A DNA stretch of 63,995 nucleotides, filler included, from Octopus bimaculoides (GCF_001194135.2; 4 parts of 4 records of this genome joined end to end with filler, not necessarily neighbours in it), one strand, 5' to 3'. Positions 12,801 to 25,534 are shown, counted from the whole stretch's first letter. Numbers and translations are program-made. The notes: a model not told the origin generated them from the sequence alone.

Positions 12801-13573
12801 AATAATCCATTAATCATTTTCTATAATATCCTGCAAAAATTATCTAGAACTTTCTTCTAACTTGCTAGCGGCCCTGATTAGTTCGAATACAAACAAGACA
12901 AGAAAAAACAGCTTCGTATCGATTGTGTGTTTTTTATTTCAATGATGCTAATACAAATTCTCTCTTTTTAATATTTGTTTCTACTAGTTGGTTTTTGCTG
13001 TTTTTTGTTTTGTATATTTTTGCCTTTTGTCTTTCTCTTCCTATTATTGCAGATGCTATCAATGTTGTTGTTTATGTTATTATCATTATTGGTCATATTA
13101 TTTTTCCTGCCCCTTATTATTGTTGTTCTTGATGTTAATTATTTTTCCCACAATTCTTTCTATGGTTATTATTTTTAAATGTTCCTAGTATTGTTGTTGT
13201 TAGCAGTGTTGTTTATTTGGTCATTGTTGTTAATATTGTTGTTGTTGTTGTTTATATTATTATTAATGTTATTGTTGTTGTTGTTCTTTGTACTTATTGT
13301 AAGCATCTGCAAGAATTCTCGTTCGCTATTGTGCAAAGCATCAATCCCAGAATCTCTATCTATAGCAATTACCATTGTCGGTATTTCGCCACGTTTAAAA
13401 ACAATAATGATAAACATGATGATGATAATGATGATGACAATGATACGATAATTAACCCTTAAGTACCATATCTTATAATTTTTGAAAAGAGATCCTGTGA
13501 AACCTTTGACAATAGGATGCTGTCCCATCTCAGAGGACTAACCAGAGCAAGTAAGATCAAGAACTCTGAGAGC

Positions 13574-13641
<68 letters not shown>

Positions 13642-13779
13642 CCTAATACACCAATGGCTACAAGAAACAGGTCTCAAGGGGGAAACAGAAGCAGTTCTAT
13701 ATTTAAGAGATGAAGAATTATGTACATTATTTACATTATTTATATTTGACGGATATTTGTCCTCATCTTGTTTGTTGTT

Positions 13780-13825
13780 AACACAACGTTTCGGCTGATA
13801 TACCCTCCAGCCTTCATCAGGTGTC
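13780..13825 (-). ncRNA. Minimal type-I hammerhead ribozyme candidate
   Basis: GACAC-CUGAUGA-A-GGCUG[gaggguauau]CAGCC-GAAAC-GUU-GUGUU: 5-bp helix I (one G-U), perfect 5-bp helix II, palindromic AACGUU helix III. Confidence 0.7.
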
Positions 13826-13873
13826 TTGAGGGAAATTTTGAACCTGGGTTCTCATTCCTAAGGTAGTTTTCGA

Positions 13874-13941
<68 letters not shown>

Positions 13942-14029
13942 TTACTGCTCGGAATCGAACTCGGAATCTTGGGGTTAGTAGCCCGTGGGCATATGGCGTA
14001 GTGGTTAACAGCGCCAGCTCGCCACCTTA

Positions 14030-16125
14030 ATTAGGTAATAAGGGAAATAGCCTAACAACCTTAAATAACCTCATCTATTCCACTAATAACGTTGTAACTG
14101 CTCATCTAGGTACCAGGACGACACAGAAAAGGATCAACCATATCAATAGATCTCCCAAGGGGAAATTAGCAATACAAAAAGAGATCGAATGCATGCGGGC
14201 GGATGTATCAGTTCTCGATGAACTAGCTTGAGGAATAAATGTTAAGACGAAACGAGCTAGAAAAATCAAGCAAAAATATAAAATCGAAGAATTTATAAAC
14301 CTCCCTGCAATCAAGGAACGATTGAAACAACGAATACAACTGAAAGCCCAAAATAGAAGGTATAACAAATTAATCAAATTTTATCGACAAAACAAGATAT
14401 TCAAGATGGTTGCAAAGAAATTTTATAGGGAAATTGGCAAAAGTAAGATAGAAGTAAAGGAGCCACCTAAGACTGAGGAAACGGAAGAGTTCTTGAAGAA
14501 GATATGGAGCAACAAAATAGAATATAACACTAAAGCTGACTGGATAGAGCGTGAGAAGGTGAAACTAGAGCAGAAATGGGAGGCAATAAGAACAGAAGAG
14601 CTAAGATGTATTCTTAGGAAGTCTCACAGTTGGAAAACCTCAGGACTGGATCTAATTCCTAACTTCTGGCTAAATTGTCTGAAAGAAATACATCAAAATT
14701 TCACTGCATCTCTGACTGGTATTATCCAGAACCCAGAGCAAATACCTGCCTTGCTGACCGAATGAACAACAACAGCTGTCATTAAATTAGATACCGACAC
14801 TAGCATCAAGGAGCTTGACCCACAAGAAAATTACGGATACCTAGAAATAAATGAAGGAGACGGTATACAACATTCTACCATGAAGGAAAAAGTAAGGAAG
14901 GAATATTACAGGAGAATAAGACACATACTAAAAACTGAACTCAACTCTAAAAACTGCATCAAAGCCATTTACACCCTGGCACCTCCAATATAGTTTTAAC
15001 ATCATTAACTGGAATCTTACAGAGCTCCAACACCTGAACAGTAAGAGAAGAAAACTACTAACTTCTATGAACATGCACCACTTAAAGCCAGACGTTGATC
15101 GTCTGTACCTACCTAGAAGTAACGGGGGAATAAGAATGATGCAGGTAGAACTGTGCTATAAGACATCCACAATAGCAATGAACAGGTACATATCCAGTAC
15201 AGAGGACTGGACGCTGAGACTTGTGTGCAAACACGAAAGCAGCGAAAAATCACATTCTGTTCTCAAGGAAGCTTGAAAATACGCAAGGGAACCTGGCAAG
15301 AATCCTGAAAGATTTCAAGAACCTGAAACCACTGCCACAAAACAAGCAAAATAGATCAAGCAGACTGCAAAAAAGAACGGGCAGAAACAAACTGAGGAGA
15401 GATGAAGCCAGAAGCATCACGTAGGCAGTATATTCTTCGAAGGCGAAATGCTTATGTAGGTCAAACAACAACCCATCAGTGGCTGAGAATTTCAGAACGA
15501 AATGAAAATACTAGAAGTTTTATATTGACGGCACAAGATCAAAACTTGCTTAACAGAAACTATCAGGCTAACGTTCTTCAAAACGGTTCTTACTCTAAAT
15601 GCAGATTCTGCGACACATTTGACGAAACAATACACCATCTCGTTTCGGGATGTCTTGTACTGACACCAAATGAATGCAAAAATCGCCACGATATGGTAGG
15701 ACAGTATTTAATTGGAAAATATGTAGATACTACAAAATTGGCACGTCTACCTATTGATATGAACATCATCATGAGCCAGTCGCTGGAAGTAAAAATGTCA
15801 CTATCCTCTGGAATTTTCCAGTCAACACCGACAGAACGACCCAAGCTAATCGACCAGACATAATCGTTAAAGACCGGGAAGAAAATACTTGTAGACTAAT
15901 AGATGTAAGTGTTCCCACTGATAAAAATGTGTCTGTAAAGGAATTTGACAAATTAAGGAAAAATAAGGACCTGGAAATTGACATACACAATATGTGGCAT
16001 CTTAAAACGAGAACTGTTCTTGTTATTGTAGGTGCCCTAGGTATGGTAAAAAGGGATCTCAGAAACATCTAGATAAGATCCGAGGAGAACGTGGTCTTAG
16101 AGAAACCCAATAGATTGTACTTACA
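14030..16125 (+). mobile_element. R4/Dong-like RLE non-LTR retrotransposon, decayed, RT core deleted
   Basis: Pre-RT region (KKFYRE, WKTSGLDLIPNFWL), thumb (DVDRLYLPRSNGG), CCHC finger (CRFC...ETIHHLVSGC...RHD) and RLE (RPDIIVKD..LIDVSVP..KEFDK..IVGALG), with stops and frameshifts. No YxDD region seen. Confidence 0.9.
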
Positions 16126-16129
16126 AGTA

Positions 16130-16575
16130 CGCTGGCTCAGTTTGACAGACGGAAACTTGGAACAAGAGACCAAAGCAATAATTATAGCCGTTCAGGAACC
16201 ATTAAATCAAATCTGATAAAGGCAAAAATCGGCAAAATTTTGTCAGATATCGAATGTAGAATCAGCAGGAAAGAAGATGAAAATATCAATAACTTTTTGA
16301 GTGAGTGCCGCATACTTTGCACAAAAGGGCGAATAAGCGCAGGCATGACTGCGTAGGCAAAAGGTGCATTAGGATGTTAGCTGAATGGGAGGTTTCAAAG
16401 TAACAGAAAAGTGATGTGAACACGAACTAGAAGCTATTATAGAAAATGTGAATCATAGGATCTTGTAGGATTTCCTGCTAAAGACTAACCATACTATTGA
16501 AGGAAGAAGACCAGATATGATTATAGAGGGCAAACTAAAGAAACAGTCTAATACTAGGAATTTTGCAATTTCTTA
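16130..16575 (+). mobile_element. Second R4/Dong-like fragment (CCHC/RLE)
   Basis: WL...ETKAIIIAVQE, decayed zinc finger, KRRHD and RPDMII motifs. Confidence 0.65.
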
Positions 16576-16579
16576 TGAG

Positions 16580-17250
16580 TGTCTATACCAAAGAATGTGA
16601 AAAAATTGAGAAATAATACGATCACCTTACTTGTTACTGGGTTTCATTTCATGAGACTTCACATTGCTTCTCAGTTTATCATTAGTGATACTCCAGCCCG
16701 ATGTTCGTCGTCGTTCCCTGTGTACAACAGCGTTGTGTTACCTTCTTCTAGTGTTACCTTCTAGTGTTACCTTCTTCTTGTGCATTTCTATCTGATCTCA
16801 CTCAAGCCTAGCTCATCTAGTTTATACTTCTCCATCACACTGGCATCATGAGCTGCCTTGCTTGCAGTAAGTATTTTCCTTATGTCCCAGCTTCCTATAC
16901 AGGTTGTGAATTTTGTCGCTGTCAATGACTTCATCGACCGCTGGGCTTCCCACGGGTTTTGTTCCATTGGTGTCATTCTGCTTCCAGTCGCTATCCCGTC
17001 CACCTTCACGGTTTCGTTACAATCGAGTAGGTTTTGGCCTATTACAGTTTCTCTAATCAACTCGATTTTGATGGGGGTAGATGATTAATCTTCCGCCCAA
17101 CCCCAAATCATGGAGGACCGGTGCTAGGCTATTTATTATCCCTTCAGTTTAGCCAGCTGGCTTCTGTGAAGTCGTCCTTTTGTAGGGTCAATAGTCCAGT
17201 AATTTTGTAGCTTGGTTGGATCATCCAGGACATGCACGCCGCTACCATAG
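16580..17250 (-). mobile_element. RTE-clade LINE 5' end (APE N-terminus)
   Basis: TCIGSWDIRK...YKLDELGLSEIR followed by TLLYTG..H.AGV matches the RTE apurinic endonuclease start (GTWNVR...LGLSE). Confidence 0.7.
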
Positions 17251-17710
17251 TTGCACGACTATGATGTACTGAAGTAGGATTTCATACACAAAAGTACAGA
17301 GAAGTTCTGTCCTTTATTCTGCAGGAAAGCTAAAGAAGATTCTTCAGATTTAAAGAGACTTGTTTGGTGGTGGAGGAGGAGGAGGAAGCGGAAGTAAACA
17401 GCGAAAGTAAACAAGTGCATTAACTTTGAGATAGCTTAACACATGTTAGTCGATTTTTGTTTACCATTTCAGAGCAACTATAAGAACGGAGGTCTTTTCA
17501 ATGCCATCGAAAATGCATATTCCATATCTAATAAATTTCGGATTTTAAATAGAATATTCTAAATATTCTCCTTTATCTGTCTTCAATTTGGCTAGTTTTA
17601 GTTTTGTTGCTAATATATAAAACTAAATATAAAAGCATGTACATAAATACATACATACATACATACATACATACATACATACACACAGAGATATATATAT
17701 ATTTATATAT

Positions 17711-17741
<31 letters not shown>

Positions 17742-17842
17742 CACACACATTTATATGTATATACATATACATACATGTACATACATATACACATATGCAT
17801 ACATCTATATATACAGACATATACATATATATAAATGTATAT

Positions 17843-18030
17843 ATATTGATAGAAAGGACAACAAAAGAAAGAAAGAGACCTCGATATTATGTAAATAGAG
17901 GAATTTATCTGTAAAAATATGTGACACTTATTCGGTAGCCATGATAAAACTCCGAGTTTCGGATGCCGGGGTGGGAACCCACGCCAACATCTCTTCAGTT
18001 ATCCGACCATTGAAAATTCCACTATTGTAT
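17843..18030 (-). mobile_element. Penelope-type terminal repeat remnant with hammerhead (homolog at 62062-62240)
   Basis: About 190 bp near-identical to 62062-62240; contains a hammerhead core; 3' end abuts (TA)n. Confidence 0.6.
17943..18003 (-). ncRNA. Type-I hammerhead ribozyme candidate with extended helix II
   Basis: GAUAA-CUGAAGA-GAUG[..GUGGGuuCCCAC..]CAUC-C-GAAAC-UCGGA-GUU-UUAUC: perfect 5-bp helix I; helix III ACU/AGU; one extra C before GAAA. Confidence 0.6.
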
Positions 18031-18129
18031 GTGACATTGGTTGTGTTTGATTTTGTCGACTGCATAGTATCGTAAGGGAAGTTGGGCACCAGCTGTGAGA
18101 AAAACAGCATCATGACGAAATTCGCTCAG

Positions 18130-18790
18130 CTAGAAATTTGGAAACGACATCCTGTACTGCTTTGCATTCGCGCCGGAAGCTCCAATACGAACAGATAGTG
18201 AACACACAGAACATCTGCTGGCTTGCAGTGTCCCCAAAGCATGTACCGAGAGTGATAGTAATCAAACATTCAGTCAACATCATGATGTTTCGTGTGATCA
18301 CTAGTGATCGCGACGTTATCCTTCCATTCATCTTCCCACACGGCCTCAGATTCAACACGGAGGCCTACACCAAGTGCTCCGAAGAGATAATGCTGCTCTG
18401 GGTCAAAAGGATGGCAGATGGAAGACCTTATGTTTAGCAACAGGACTCTGCACCATGCCACACAAGCAGGAGAACCCAATCATGGCTGCCAGACAATTTC
18501 TGCGACCACATCACCCTTAACAGACTGCAACCCCCTTAATTATTGTAGGGCGCAGTTGAGCGAGAGACCAACAAAACTCCGTGTTACACCAAAGTTGAAG
18601 TGAAGTGAAGGATTATGGCAGCTTTCACAAACTTAAAGGGGGAAATTTCCAGAAGAGTCGCAGGAGATTGCACAGTCGTCTAGAGGCCGTGTTTGAAGCC
18701 AATGGCAATTTTATTGAATGAACTTACTTTTTAGTATTTCAAGACATTTTTATGCAATTTTGGTAAATATATGTTAAAATGAGATGTCAA
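18130..18790 (+). mobile_element. Tc1/mariner (maT-like) transposase 3' fragment
   Basis: ...ADGRPYV*QQDSAPCHTSRRTQSWL...DCNPLNY...RLEAVFEANGNFIE*; cut by a gap at ~18798. Confidence 0.75.
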
Positions 18791-18949
18791 TGTTATTNNN
18801 NNNNNNNCTGATCAATAGCACCCGGACTGTTGCCATAGTAACGAAGCTAAAGTATGCAGAGTGAAGCCGCTTGGCACATATTGACCTTGAACGCCGCTAT
18901 GTATGCACACTAAGTTTTAACGTTCTAATTCACTTTCCCTGTTTACACC

Positions 18950-19265
18950 AGTGCTCAGAAGGAAGGTCTGTAGCGTGTGATCGTCACTAATATTTTAAAA
19001 AATAGAGAAAAGAAGCTCTTGCGACCATTTTGCCGTGAAGAAATGTTTTAGCCTACAGACTGACCACTGACCATTATTGTCAATTTTGGGGTCGAAGAAA
19101 CGAATTCCTACTCATCCTGCGAATAGATTGTGACGTTGGGCCACGATATTGTTGAATTACGATTTTAAGATGGAGTACATTCCTTCTAAGGAAACTGGCC
19201 ATGCGGATTGTTTATCTAGGCTAATTCCGAAGAATGCGGAATTGCTGAAAGATACGGTGATATGC
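18950..19265 (+). mobile_element. Ty3/gypsy pol RNase H fragment
   Basis: EKEALATIFAVKK..TDH*PLLSILGSKK.IP.H.ANRL*RWA.ILLNYDF..EY...GHAD.LSRL. Confidence 0.85.
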
Positions 19266-19486
19266 TTCATGTGGCAGCACCAAAAAAGATTGAGCCTAGA
19301 AGTAATAATAGAAAACGTAAGCAGACTGAACATTTGGAAATAATTCCTAAGCGGAAAAAGTATTGAACTCCCTAGGGAACTAAAATCTCAAAAAGGGAGA
19401 AGTGTTGGAAAGAAAAACAAAATAAATAATAATTAAAATAAAATAAATTTCGTTTACTACAGAAGTCGAAATCTCAAAAGGAGAGA

Positions 19487-19749
19487 TATTATGACGAGAG
19501 TCACGTCACCCCCCGCGAGAATAGACTGACCGAACGATTATAAATAGTAGTGGTCTGAATGAGATAGGAGAGTAGGTGTTAATCGCAGGAAGTCGCAAGG
19601 TATCATTTTGGTAGTTTGTCGGAATATCGTTTGTTGGTTCGTGTTTATTTCGTGGAGAATTTGTTGGATTTTTAGGTTGTTGTTACTATGCTTCGTTATA
19701 TGTTTATTGTTACTACACGTTTATAGAGTAAAAAAGTATCGTCATAACA
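19487..19749 (+). mobile_element. Probable LTR (263 bp)
   Basis: Terminal inverted repeats tattatgacg / cgtcataaca (9 of 10 match), internal tataaata, purine tract aaaaggagaga just 5', and tggtg two bases 3'. Confidence 0.55.
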
Positions 19750-20015
19750 ACTGGTGATACAGCAATTGATCTCTTTGGACATTTTTTTTTATCTAAATAT
19801 TATGTACAAGGCAAAATGGTTCGCGATGGTGAATGATTAGAAATCGCGGCAAGCATTAATCTCATTTAATCGCTGTTAATTATAGAACAAATTGTCTGGC
19901 AAAGATACAATTACGTCTTATAACAGTCTATTGGAATATAGTATCATATTTTTGGAAGGAGATAAATGAAGAATAATTAATGATATCATATTTGCTATTA
20001 ATATTATTTTGCTTG

Positions 20016-20428
20016 TAAAGGCGACGAGCCGGGAAAAGTGCATAGCGGTATTTCATCCGTCTTTACGTTCTGAGATCAAATTTCACTCGGTTTGGGGTCG
20101 ATAAATTAAGTACCAGCTGAGCACCGAGCTAAATGTGATCAACTTAACCCATCCCCCAAACTTTCTGGTCTTGTGCTGAAATTTGAAACCAGAATTATCT
20201 TGCCTCTTAAGGCGGCGAGCTGGCAGAATCCTTAGCACGCTAGGTAGTATGCTTAGTTTCGTTTCCTCCGACTTTATGTTCTCAGTTCAAATTTCGTCGA
20301 GGTCGAATTTGCCTTTCATCCTTTCGGGACCAATAAAATAAGTACCAGTTGAACAACCTGATCGATGTAATCAACGTACTTCCTCTCCTCAAAATTGTTG
20401 GCTATGTGCCAAAATTTGAATCCAATAT
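20016..20428 (+). mobile_element. Tandem pair of family A SINEs (20016-20190, 20208-20428)
   Basis: Both begin taa(a)ggcg(a/g)cgagc and end ...aaatttgaa(a/t)cc. Confidence 0.8.
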
Positions 20429-21336
20429 TCTCAGAAAGTCATTTATTAATATTCAGAAAATCTGATATATATATTAAAGGTATTAACAGTGGTGAAAGGA
20501 AAAGATTTCAGTTTACCAAGGCTGACGAAATCTTTCCTGCTAAGGCTAGTCAAGACCAGATATTAGTTTAATACCATCACCTGGTTACTAAGTGTTTTTG
20601 CCAGGACTCATTTGTTGCAACCTTGCAAACTAGGCCTCTGGTTAGAAGCTGACTCATAGGTTATAGCTTATACCTCTCCTTTCAATAATCCTTAAAGAAA
20701 TCACCGGCGTATATNNNNNNNNNNNNNNNNNNNNNNNNNNNNNNNNNNNNNNNNNNNNNNNNNNNNNNNNNNNNNNNNNNNNNNNNNNNNNNNNNNNNNN
20801 NNNNNNNNNNNNNNNNNNNNNNNNNNNNNNNNNNNNNNNNNNNNNNNNNNNNNNNNNNNNNNNNNNNNNNNNNNNNNNNNNNNNNNNNNNNNNNNNNNNN
20901 NNNNNNNNNNNNNNNNNNNNNNNNNNNNNNNNNNNNNNNNNNNNNNNNNNNNNNNNNNNNNNNNNNNNNNNNNNNNNNNNNNNNNNNNNNNNNNNNNNNN
21001 NNNNNNNNNNNNNNNNNNNNNNNNNNNNNNNNNNNNNNNNNNNNNNNNNNNNNNNNNNNNNNNNNNNNNNNNNNNNNNNNNNNNNNNNNNNNNNNNNNNN
21101 NNNNNNNNNNNNNNNNNNNNNNNNNNNNNNNNNNNNNNNNNNNNNNNNNNNNNNNNNNNNNNNNNNNNNNNNNTATATATGTATGTATGTATATATATAT
21201 GGTGGGGGCATATGTATTTATCTTCAGTCCATAGGGTAGAAATAATATGCATTCAGGTATATGCATGTGTGTGTGTGTGTGTACATACATACCAACATAT
21301 ATGTATAACTTCACATATACATATAGGCATATATAC

Positions 21337-21369
<33 letters not shown>

Positions 21370-21894
21370 TGTATATATTTTTATATCTTTATCTCTCAGT
21401 ACACACATCTATACAGAATACACTCTATTCATACACACACAAACTAATACACACATTCATTATTTGCCAATTTATTTTAATATAGTAGAATTGAGAACGG
21501 AGAAGATAACCGAGCGATTAGTGTATCTACACTATATATACCATAGTATTTAGTTTTGTTTCTATTAGAAGTTAACTTTTCCTTTCATCTCTCAATAGAG
21601 TGATTATCAGCGGTATCGGACCAGTTCATACGCTTTAATGAAGAGAAATTAATGAACAGACACTACTATAACATTGAACTGACATTCAAACCAATATTAT
21701 TGTTATGATTAACTGGAATTTATTCGTACACAGACTTCATCACAAAACGAAATACATCGAGAATTGCAATAAAAGTGATAAAAATGTGATAACGAATCAC
21801 AGTGAAGATGTTAGCATCATATAAAAAAAATTGGAAGTGGAGAACTGAAATTTGAAATCGATATTAAACAAAGATAAATCATAATAATTCTATT

Positions 21895-22060
21895 TTACTA
21901 TGGATACAAAACCTGAAATTTTGGGGTAGTGGGGTTAACTGATGACATTGATCACAAGGCTAAACTAGTATTTATTTTATCTACCCCAAAAGGATGAAAA
22001 GTAAAGTAGATCTCGGCAAAATTTGAATGTAAAACTGGATGAAATGCCGCTAAGTAGGTC
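21895..22060 (-). mobile_element. Family A SINE, degenerate
   Basis: aaaggatgaaaagtaaagtagatctcggcaaaatttgaa...gccgctaag matches the other copies. Confidence 0.55.
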
Positions 22061-22793
22061 AATATCGAATAAAAACACTAATATTTTAACAGCACCTACT
22101 AACAAATTTCTGTGAATGTGGATTGGCTTTTATTCATTACTGACCATCAAACATACCAATCTTTCTTGGATGGCAGAATCGTTCATTTAAAACTTTTCTA
22201 AATTACAATTTTGGTAAGTACTGTTTCATATTTTTTACAAATGTCCAGAATATGCTAACAGTGTTATCAAGCTAAACTCATCCTAGAAAAGTACCATATC
22301 TCATACTGGTAATGTAATATATAATATACATGACCAAGTATGTCCGTGTGGTTAGACTGCGCGGCACCTCGGGAAGAGTCTTCTGCACTAAGTTTTGGCC
22401 GACCATTGCTGTGTATGTGTGAATTTGGTAGAAACTGTGTCCCAGCATTGCCGCTGTCGAATGACACAAACAAGTAAAAGAGATAAAGCCGTCGTATATA
22501 TATACAGGGAGAGAGAGAGCGCGGGGAGAGGACAGAGAGAGAGAGGGAGGGAGAGAGAGTACAGATAAAATTGCGTCTAATGACGTAATGTAATAGGTAT
22601 GCATATATATAAGTGCACAGGTTGGTTTAATACTAAAACTCCAAGTTGACCTTCGAAAAGCAAAAGTGGTGTTGTATGTATCACCTAGCAGTGCAGGGCG
22701 ATAAGCTGTTCGCCATTGAGAGGGTAGTTATATATATAAGAAAAAAAGAACGAACAGACAAAAAATATATGACTGGTGTCAAAGTCAATCACT

Positions 22794-23905
22794 CAGGGGG
22801 CCAAAACTCAAAGCACACTTTAAATCGCGGGCCGAACGGGATAAACATTTATTGAACAGACTAAAACTTCTTGAACTAAAAATGTATTGAAACAGATGGT
22901 ATTTATTCCAAAAATAATTAACTTTAACTTAAATTACTTAAAACGTTTCGCTCTGCATAAAAATATCTCCTGTCAAAATTATAAATATTTAAAATAAGAA
23001 CATGATGCAAAAAAAATAAATAAATAAAAAGAAAATATAAATTAAAAAATGTGTTTTTAGTGAAAATTAAAATAATAAATGAAAACTTTCAATTTTCTTT
23101 ATGCAATTTTGTCCGAGTTACATACTTGGCATCTTTTCTTGGCAACGAGTTCGTTGATGTTTGGGGTGAGGCTCTGTGTTGTTGAGGCTCTCAGGATGGA
23201 TTGCAGGTGTTCATCTGTGAAACGACTCCTATGTGACGTTTTATTCATCTTCATCACAGGGAACAGCTGCTCGCACAGATATGTGCTTCCAAGCAAAATA
23301 GCGTTCGAGCTGCATGTAAACGGAACTGAGGAACTGCTTCAGATATGAAGTGAGTGAACTGTGCGGGTCACACAGAGTCGTACTTTACTTTTAATGTCTC
23401 ATTACACTGCAGTTCTATCAGTTCTATTTGAACTTGTACAGGTGCAGTTTCCACATTGATGACAAATGGGTTGCGAAGTAGTTCCAAATTATTTTTCTGT
23501 GCGAATTCAGTGCGGAGCGCACTCAATTTATCAGTAAAGTGTTGCTTTGGGAACACCGTGGACCTGACTTGGCTCAACATTACTTGGCAACAGGGAAAGT
23601 GAGACAAGTTCAATTGGTGTATTTGTGCTTCCCATAAGCGCAGCTTCACTTGAAATGCCTTTACTGCGTCATACATATCACAGATCATGAAATCCCGTCC
23701 CTGGAATTAGATATTTAAAACATTGAGATGCGCAGTTATGTCAACCAGAAACGCCAACTCGCATTTTCACTTTTCATCCCGCAAAACTGTGGATTCTTTT
23801 CCTTCACTGTCCATGAACTGACATATCTCCTCAACTAGCTCAAAAACTATATTGAGGACCTTTCCCAGACTGAGCCACCGCACCTCCGTATATAAATTCC
23901 ATACT
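22794..23905 (-). mobile_element. hAT (SPIN/Buster-like) transposon 3' half
   Basis: EVRWLS motif, helical insertion domain (ORF 23368-23688) and dimerization motif GSTYLCEQLF..MK..K...RSR.TDEHL (23099-23296). cagggg-type terminus at 22794. Confidence 0.85.
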
Positions 23906-25534
23906 TACAAAATACGTACAGTGGTCAATTTGTTTGAGTAAACTCTTGTCATGGCCGCTGTTTAATGAGTGAAACAAGTAAAAGAGAAAGATAACAGCGT
24001 ATCGAGTAATGGAGAGTAAAGATGAAACAAGAGATATGCTGAAATTACTGTACCATTTGAAGACACATTTAAAGCCGTTTGATTTTATGTCTAATACTGN
24101 NNNNNNNNNNNNNNNNNNNNNNNNNNNNNNNNNNNNNNNNNNNNNNNNNNNNNNNNNNNNNNNNNNNNNNNNNNNNNNNNNNNNNNNNNNNNNNNNNNNN
24201 NNNNNNNNNAAAGAAACTATTTTAAAATAGAAAAGTCGATGGCTTTATATCAGACAGTCATGCTTTTATGGGTTGCATTCCTTTAATTTTTTTTATAATT
24301 GGCGATATTTTTGTAAATTCTGAGCGATTTCAAAGAAAAACTGCAATTACTTTTATTTATATTTTAAAATCCAAATCTTCTTTTAGAACGATTTTGTCAG
24401 GCCCCAGAAAATTATCTAAAATACATTGGACAATTATATATAAAAAAAAGCAACTATTTCATTTTTTTTTGTTTTTTTTTTTGTTTTTCAATTTAAACCT
24501 TGCAGAAATTAAACGACGTAAAATAGTAGTGAATTACACAGCAAACTATTAAAAATTCTAGTACTTTACAACGTAAAGAAAAAAAAAATACTATTTTTAT
24601 AAAGCAGAAAAATCAATACATCAGCTAATTATAGTTTGTCTTCCAGTTCATTGGAATGATATTATGGGATAGATGTGAAAGCGAGGCAATATTCTGAACA
24701 AAAAGTTTTTTTAAATAATTTAGAAAATAGAATAAAATACATTCGTAGATTGAGATATTCTACACAATAGAATACCAAATATAAAAATTATAATTAGAAT
24801 GATATTGCTTAGCTGTGATCGACTAAAGCTATAATGAAAATAATGTATCGAAATAATTTCTTGCTAATCATTATGAGAAAGGGTTTCGAATCTAGTGCAT
24901 AAATAAATAGTATTAAAAGAGAAGTTAAAAACTGGAAACGTTAAAGAAGAGAGAGAAAGTGTGATAAATAGATAGTTATAAAAAGTAGACATGCAGTCAG
25001 AGGGAAAGAATCATATAAACAATAGTTAAATCAATATAAAGATTAAGAGAATATTTGCTGACTCGATTAATGATAAAATGTAACTGCAACTTACGAGTAA
25101 TTGAGTTAGAAATTAAGCGTCCATCATTATCTCGGAGCTGATACCAAATTTGCATTGTATGAAGATTCTAATTCTCATAATATGGTTGAGCAAAGTCTGA
25201 GGAAGTATTTATTCATATAGTACAAAAAAAATATATTAATTATTTTGTTCTCAATTGCTGAATAATATCGATGTGCCACTCAGTAAAATTAGCCAACCAA
25301 GAGAACGTCTACTACTTACCAGCCGCCTGGAATTATTTGCATTGCTTTAGAACATATTGGTTTCAAATTTTAGCACAATGCCAACAAGTTAGGGGATGAA
25401 GGTAAGTCGATGACATTGACCCCAGAGCTCAACTGGTACTTATTGCCTCAGAACATATTACCTACAGAGAAAGCTTAGACATATTTTCTTGTACAAGGTA
25501 CGACCAGCTGAGTATTTATGAATACAAAAGTTAT

